DNA of 64,000 nucleotides, from the NCBI GenBank assembly GCA_043801745.1, contig JAZDLR010000021.1, forward strand, positions 6,018 to 70,017, written 5' to 3'. Within the stretch, counting starts at the first letter, position 1. Each line of letters starts with the position of its first letter. This DNA is from Candidatus Komeilibacteria bacterium (GTDB lineage: Bacteria; Patescibacteriota; Patescibacteriia; UBA1558; 2-01-FULL-52-15). The notes below the pieces were generated by a model, which did not search any database, was not told the DNA's origin, and worked only from the letters and a program-made list of their open reading frames with translations. A program made the position numbers and the translations under genes. Shown in pieces: positions 59,111 to 64,000 of this stretch.

Positions 59111-59369
59111 TCGCTTATGGTTTTCTTTAAAAAAATATGATCTATTGATTTAGCCTAAATAATTTATTTATCGGCGCAACAAAAAGATTAGTAATAATTT
59201 TTATTTAAATAGATTCTGGTAGGGATAATTTGTTTTAGCGTTCCTCCTTTTGAAAGGGGAGGGTGACCGAGTGATTTCAAAAGATGGTGCCCTCTTGACA
59301 TTTTTTTAGGTAGCGTTATGCTAAAGCCGTCTATATATTATCCGACGGCTTATTAATTAATGCCAATAT

Positions 59370-60062
59370 ATGAGTAAAATCCTGGCAGATCCGCAGTTAT
59401 TAGGACTGGCAATCGTTACTCTGTTAAATCTAGCTTTAGGACTGTATGTTTTTTTAAAGGATTTTAGAAATGTTTTAAATAAGATATTTCTGTTTTTAGC
59501 CATTTCAATAGTGGCTTGGTGTATCGCTATCTTCTGTACAATTTATTTTTATGAGGATGTCTTCCTATATGATTTGTCTGATAAGTTTACTTACATTGCC
59601 GGTCTTCTAATAGCCATTGGTTTTTATCTTTTTAGCATTTATTACGGCTATAAAAACCATAAGATCTCATCTTTAATTGTCATTGGTTATATTTTATTTT
59701 TTGCTATATTTTCTTATTTAGCCCTATTCTCACATTTGTTTGTGATTAATACTGCCAAAGAGGGCTTAATAACAGTTATTTACCGCAATCAGATGTCTTA
59801 TGCGATATATTCTTTGGCACTCATAAGCTTGTTCATTCTAGGATTAGTTGAATTATGGAAGAAAATGAAGGGCGGGGACGGAGTATATAAACAGCATTTC
59901 TTGACCTTAATCATATTAGTGGGTTTTTCTATTATTCTGAGTATATTCTTTGATCTATCGCTTTCAGCATTTAATAATTATTCTTATAGCGCTGTTGGCC
60001 CCCTATCGTCAGTTTTATTTATCTTCGCCATTATGAGGATGATTAATAGCAGTAAAGAATAG
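59370..60062 (+). CDS. Stand-alone 7TM domain (HisKA_7TM-like) membrane protein
   Basis: Seven hydrophobic segments, N..F..LA....AW pattern; no cytoplasmic kinase domain. Confidence 0.65.
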   Translation: MSKILADPQLLGLAIVTLLNLALGLYVFLKDFRNVLNKIFLFLAISIVAWCIAIFCTIYFYEDVFLYDLSDKFTYIAGLLIAIGFYLFSIYYGYKNHKISSLIVIGYILFFAIFSYLALFSHLFVINTAKEGLITVIYRNQMSYAIYSLALISLFILGLVELWKKMKGGDGVYKQHFLTLIILVGFSIILSIFFDLSLSAFNNYSYSAVGPLSSVLFIFAIMRMINSSKE

Positions 60063-60065
60063 CCA

Positions 60066-61034
60066 ATGTCTAAACGCAAGAAAATCGCTTTAATCTATTC
60101 AACTGGCACAGTCTTATCTTCCCTGAAAAACCGCAGTATTGTTTTTGTTGATTCTGATAGTGATATTCCCAAGTGGCTGGAGTCTATTCCGGAGATTTCT
60201 CTAATTGCTGATATTGAGCCGCAATTTTTTTTGTCTGAATCCGCGACTATGGGATATTCTGATACTTTGCGGTTGTCAGAGCAGATTGACATTCTGCGGC
60301 GGCAGGTTGATGGCATTGTGATTCTGATGCGGACCGAAAGTATTATTCAGCAAGCTACGCTACTGAATTTTCTCAATCAAAATGTCACCATTCCGGTTAT
60401 TATTACCGGCGCTGTGGTTTCGCCCCAAGCTTTGACCGAGGGCGTACTGTCGGATATTTCCAAGAAAAATGTCGCCTTGAGCCTGAAGAGTAATGTGATT
60501 AACGCCACTCAGGTAGCAACCCGGGATTTTCACGGCTTTGGCCTGATGTATGGTAACCGTTTAATCGAACCGGTCCGCGCCCAGAGAGATAATATTGAAG
60601 CGCTTAATGTATTTAGTTCAATTGATGGTAACTACGCCGGCCGGGTGGAATTTGGCATTAGCTTGAATCAGCCCAAAAAGGCCGATAAGCCAACTAAACA
60701 TTATAATAATTTTTCTACTAATGTAACTGTTATTGACTCGTCTTTCTTAACTCTGGGTAGCTTAAAAAATCTGACAGCTGACGCGGTTATTATTAAAATT
60801 CGGGAAAATGAGCAGTTACCTTTGGAAGTTTACGAAGCCTTACGTCAGTTAAAACAGCCGGTAATTCTTTATAATTATTGGTACGTTTTGGAGCATAAAG
60901 GCCTGATAGATATTTCTCATATTACTGAAGAGAGCTTATTGGCAAAAGTAATGTGGCTGGCGGCTGACAGCAAATCAACGGCAGCGTTTTATCAAAGAAT
61001 AAGCGAAAACGTAATTGGGGAACTACTGCAATGA
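60066..61034 (+). CDS. Asparaginase-fold protein, catalytic motifs degenerate
   Basis: IALIYSTGTV, DGIVILMRTES (vs HGTDT), PVIITGA, NVINA, FSS. Confidence 0.7.
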   Translation: MSKRKKIALIYSTGTVLSSLKNRSIVFVDSDSDIPKWLESIPEISLIADIEPQFFLSESATMGYSDTLRLSEQIDILRRQVDGIVILMRTESIIQQATLLNFLNQNVTIPVIITGAVVSPQALTEGVLSDISKKNVALSLKSNVINATQVATRDFHGFGLMYGNRLIEPVRAQRDNIEALNVFSSIDGNYAGRVEFGISLNQPKKADKPTKHYNNFSTNVTVIDSSFLTLGSLKNLTADAVIIKIRENEQLPLEVYEALRQLKQPVILYNYWYVLEHKGLIDISHITEESLLAKVMWLAADSKSTAAFYQRISENVIGELLQ

Positions 61035-61597
61035 GAATCTATTATTTTGCTAATGTCAAGAATCCGGCTCAACTTCTGATATTTCAGGAAGCGTCTTCAT
61101 TATTACGTAAGTATGGCTTATCAGTGGTTGACAACGTTAAATCCAAGCCTGACTTTGAATTAGGCGAGCAGGGAGGCGTTGATCAGATAGACGCGGTGAT
61201 TATTGATGCTAGTGGTTCCGATGCCGAAGCCGGTTATTTACTGGCCGTGGCTATTGCTCATAAGAAGCCGGTTTTATATTTATTGCCGGCTGGTACGCAG
61301 CTTGACACGTCGGTGAAAGCTTTGACTCTCAATAAAGCCATCAAAGATTATCTGCGCGTGGAATTTTTCCTGACAGTGAATTTTTCCAAGAAGATTAAAG
61401 AATTTCTACAGTATTTGGATCAGGATATTGGCAAGGAAGCGCATTCAGTGAAATTTACTTTACGCCTGACGCCGAAACTGGAACGTTATTTAAACTGGAA
61501 AGCCGAAAAAGGTAATCGTAACAAGGCGGATTATGTCCGTAGCTTTCTGGAGGAGTCCATGAAAGCGGACGAGGAATATAAGAATCGGTTAAAGTAG
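61031..61597 (+). CDS. Nucleoside deoxyribosyltransferase-like domain plus C-terminal ribbon-helix-helix
   Basis: MRIYYFA, DAVIIDAS..EAGY..A..KKPVLYL; KFTLRLTPKLERYLNWKA..NKADYVR. Confidence 0.65.
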   Translation: MRIYYFANVKNPAQLLIFQEASSLLRKYGLSVVDNVKSKPDFELGEQGGVDQIDAVIIDASGSDAEAGYLLAVAIAHKKPVLYLLPAGTQLDTSVKALTLNKAIKDYLRVEFFLTVNFSKKIKEFLQYLDQDIGKEAHSVKFTLRLTPKLERYLNWKAEKGNRNKADYVRSFLEESMKADEEYKNRLK

Positions 61598-61643
61598 AGG
61601 AGCAGAAAACGGGGATGATGAGTCCTTGTTTTATTATTTAACG

Positions 61644-61773
61644 ACCTCACTCCCGCCTGCTAACGCCTGAGCGTAGCGATGGCGGGCAGGCCAACCCTCT
61701 CCTTAGAAAAGGAGAGGGAGGATGCACTCCTAAACAGGGTTCCTCTCCTTTTTAAGGAGAGGACAGGTGAGGT
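61644..61773. repeat. Family C composite palindrome, left flank of DUF559 gene
   Basis: acctcac...ccctctccttagaaaaggagaggg...cctctcctttttaaggagagg...gtgaggt. Confidence 0.85.
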
Positions 61774-61851
61774 AATTAAAATAACTCCGAGGACAGCTCG
61801 CCCGCCTCTGGTGAAGTGAGGTAATCTAAAAAATTGCTAGGCAATTTAATA

Positions 61852-62250
61852 ATGACAAAATTATTTAATAAACCAGAAGAGACATTTAAACGTCGAATCT
61901 TGAGAGTCAATAATCCATTGGCTGAATTAAGAATGTGGTACTTATTGCGAAATAGACGATTAAATAATCAAAAATTTCGTCGTCAGTATGGTATTGGTTC
62001 GTTTGTTGTGGATTTCTATTGTCCTGAAGCAAAGTTAGTAATTGAGATCGATGGTGCTACTCATAGTACTAAAGGGGAGCTTGAAAATGACCAGAAACGT
62101 CAGGATTACATAGAATCCTTAGGACTAACTGTTATACGCTTTACGAATGAAGAGGTATATTACAGACCTGACAGAGTATTAAGAAAAATACGGAGAGTTT
62201 TGAAACAATTGAAGAATTGTTTGAATACCTCATCCCAACCTTCTCCTTGA
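61852..62250 (+). CDS. DUF559 (Vsr-like) endonuclease-domain protein
   Basis: AELRMW..LR, KFRRQYGIG.FVVDFYC, LVIEIDG..H, D.KR, VIRFTNEEV. Confidence 0.92.
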   Translation: MTKLFNKPEETFKRRILRVNNPLAELRMWYLLRNRRLNNQKFRRQYGIGSFVVDFYCPEAKLVIEIDGATHSTKGELENDQKRQDYIESLGLTVIRFTNEEVYYRPDRVLRKIRRVLKQLKNCLNTSSQPSP

Positions 62251-62381
62251 AAAGGAGAAGGGGGTAGCGCGTGGCGGAAAAGAGCGACTAGCCATTAATT
62301 TACGTCCCTCTCCTTTTTAAGCCAGCCCCGAGCGAGGTCGAGGGGGAGAGGACAGCTTGCCCGCCTCTGGTGGGGTGAGGT
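62227..62381. repeat. Family C composite palindrome, right flank of DUF559 gene
   Basis: acctcatcccaaccttctccttgaaaaggagaagg...ccctctcc...ggagagg...ggggtgaggt; supplies the gene's TGA. Confidence 0.85.
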
Positions 62382-62439
62382 AATTAAAATAATTTTTCCT
62401 CTAGATTTTTTCGCTAGTTTATGCCATAATCCAGGCACT

Positions 62440-63255
62440 ATGGCGACTGTTGCCACCAGAGCTGATATTTTAGATTACACCTTACGGACGGACATTAAGA
62501 AGAATGCCCTGCCGTTCTTTTTTCCGGCTCAAGATAAGAAGAATCTGGCCATTTTAATTCACGGTTTCAGTGGCTCGCCTTATGATATGGCCGAGCTGGG
62601 ACAGTATTTGGGCGAACAGGGGATTAGCGCCAGAGGCGTTCTGCTGGCCGGTCACGGCGGCGATTATGACCATTTGGCTCAAGCCGGACATCAGGAGTGG
62701 TGGCAGAGTGTCAAGGATGAGCTGGACCGTAATGAAGGTCAATATGAAAATATTTATTTAATCGGCTATTCTTTTGGTTCTAACTTGGCTATTGATCTGG
62801 CTAACCGTTATCCCGACAAATTGAAGGGTATTATCTGTATGTCAGCTTCGGTTTTTATCCGTAGCGATAAGAAAGTTAGATTGCTTAATACCGCGCTGTC
62901 ATTATTCACTGACCGCGTGAAGAAGCGCCGCATGCGCAAAGAACGTCAATCAGTTTATGAAGCCGGCGGCCGGCATTTGGTGGTTCCGCTTAAGGGCCTG
63001 GCTGATTTTTTCCATTTTATTGATAATTTTACCAAGCGGGAAATCGGGCAGGTAAAAACTCCGATCTTATTAATTCACGCCCGTGATGATTATGCTTCTG
63101 ATCCTAAAAGTTCGGAATATATCTTTGAACATATTGGCAGCGAAGACAAGGAATTATTTATGATCAATGAATTTGAACACAATCCCTTAAATACTAATAG
63201 CCGCAACGTAATTTTTGCCAAGATTTTACAATTTGTGGCCGAACATCAGCAATGA
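62440..63255 (+). CDS. Alpha/beta hydrolase (carboxylesterase/monoacylglycerol-lipase-like)
   Basis: IHGFSGS, GHG, GYSFG nucleophile elbow, DD, H. Confidence 0.9.
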   Translation: MATVATRADILDYTLRTDIKKNALPFFFPAQDKKNLAILIHGFSGSPYDMAELGQYLGEQGISARGVLLAGHGGDYDHLAQAGHQEWWQSVKDELDRNEGQYENIYLIGYSFGSNLAIDLANRYPDKLKGIICMSASVFIRSDKKVRLLNTALSLFTDRVKKRRMRKERQSVYEAGGRHLVVPLKGLADFFHFIDNFTKREIGQVKTPILLIHARDDYASDPKSSEYIFEHIGSEDKELFMINEFEHNPLNTNSRNVIFAKILQFVAEHQQ

Positions 63256-64000
63256 CTACAATTTTTTCCAGATTTAAGGAAGTTGCTGCACGTTATAGCG
63301 CTAACGTATTTGTTGCTGATATACGTGATAATCAGATTTACCGGCAAACTTACAGTGAGGTGTTGGAGAAAGTACAGCGTGTATCCGCTGCTCTACGCTC
63401 ATTGGGTCTGATTAAGGGTGACCGTCTGGCTTTATTACTGCCTAACTCCTCCGATTGGGTGATTGTTGATTTGGCCTGCGCCCAACTGGGACTAATTGAC
63501 GTCCCTATTCATACGACCTATAGCTGGCATTACATCAAATATACCATTGAACATTCCGGATCTAGTGCCTTAGTTATCGATAATTTCCTTTGGCAAAAGT
63601 ATTCCGAGCAGATTAGTCAATTAGGCCTGAAGCATATTATTGTGCGGGCGAATGAGGTGTCCGCACCGGCCATTACTCTGAATCACTGCTTTGAACAGCC
63701 GCCATTATTGGAAGCGGAAAAGTTAGCGGAAACCGACGTTCATACTATAGTTTATACTTCCGGCACTACAGCTGAACCCAAAGGCGTTATGCTGACGCAT
63801 CAAAATATGTTATTTGATACTGACAGTGCCCGCCAAATACTTCCGATAGATCCTACTGACAGCTTTTTTTCTTTTCTGCCTTTGTCCCATATGATGGAAA
63901 GAACCGGTTGTTATTACACAGCCTTATCAGTAGGGGCGTCTGTCTATTTTTGCAGTGATAAATCGCGGATCATTAACGAAATCAAACTGGTGCGCCCGAC
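63252..64000 (+). CDS. Long-chain acyl-CoA synthetase (AMP-binding), 3' truncated by window
   Basis: ATG overlapping the hydrolase stop; KGDRLALL.PN, IVYTSGTTAEPKGVMLTHQN, SFLPLSHMMER. Confidence 0.9.
   Translation, partial: MTTIFSRFKEVAARYSANVFVADIRDNQIYRQTYSEVLEKVQRVSAALRSLGLIKGDRLALLLPNSSDWVIVDLACAQLGLIDVPIHTTYSWHYIKYTIEHSGSSALVIDNFLWQKYSEQISQLGLKHIIVRANEVSAPAITLNHCFEQPPLLEAEKLAETDVHTIVYTSGTTAEPKGVMLTHQNMLFDTDSARQILPIDPTDSFFSFLPLSHMMERTGCYYTALSVGASVYFCSDKSRIINEIKLVRP

Overview
Bacterial chromosomal segment using standard genetic code 11. It is most likely from a Patescibacteria/CPR genome. That assignment is an inference from scattered housekeeping genes that mostly lack Shine-Dalgarno motifs, a double-domain ThyX, sortase-anchored Cys-rich surface proteins, and dense families of short palindromic intergenic repeats. 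Core genes: pheT (3' end), gyrB, ispA-like, secE-nusG-rplK-rplA, a six-gene dTTP supply cluster, gatB, miaA/miaB, thrS, dnaE, rodA, rplY, rpmE-prfA-prmC, rpsB-tsf, gap, cysS and the start of an acyl-CoA synthetase. The most notable observations are: (1) a radical SAM/SPASM enzyme with a C-terminal RRE-like domain translationally coupled to a 55-aa Cys-rich putative precursor peptide; (2) a class of accessory orphan genes that, unlike host genes, carry strong SD motifs and boxA-like leaders, including a 3-kb array (36.9-39.9 kb) containing a ~190-nt multibranched RNA structure; (3) a compact Thr T-box with ultrashort Stem I and a transcription terminator, separated from thrS by a hairpin-flanked four-helix-bundle gene; (4) an in-frame TAG inside cysS; (5) several miniature palindromic element families, one flanked by TTGA direct repeats, sitting at -35 boxes and in frame inside a gene. 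No rRNA, tRNA, CRISPR array, integrase or transposase was recognised. All calls are by eye from motifs; no database searches were run.
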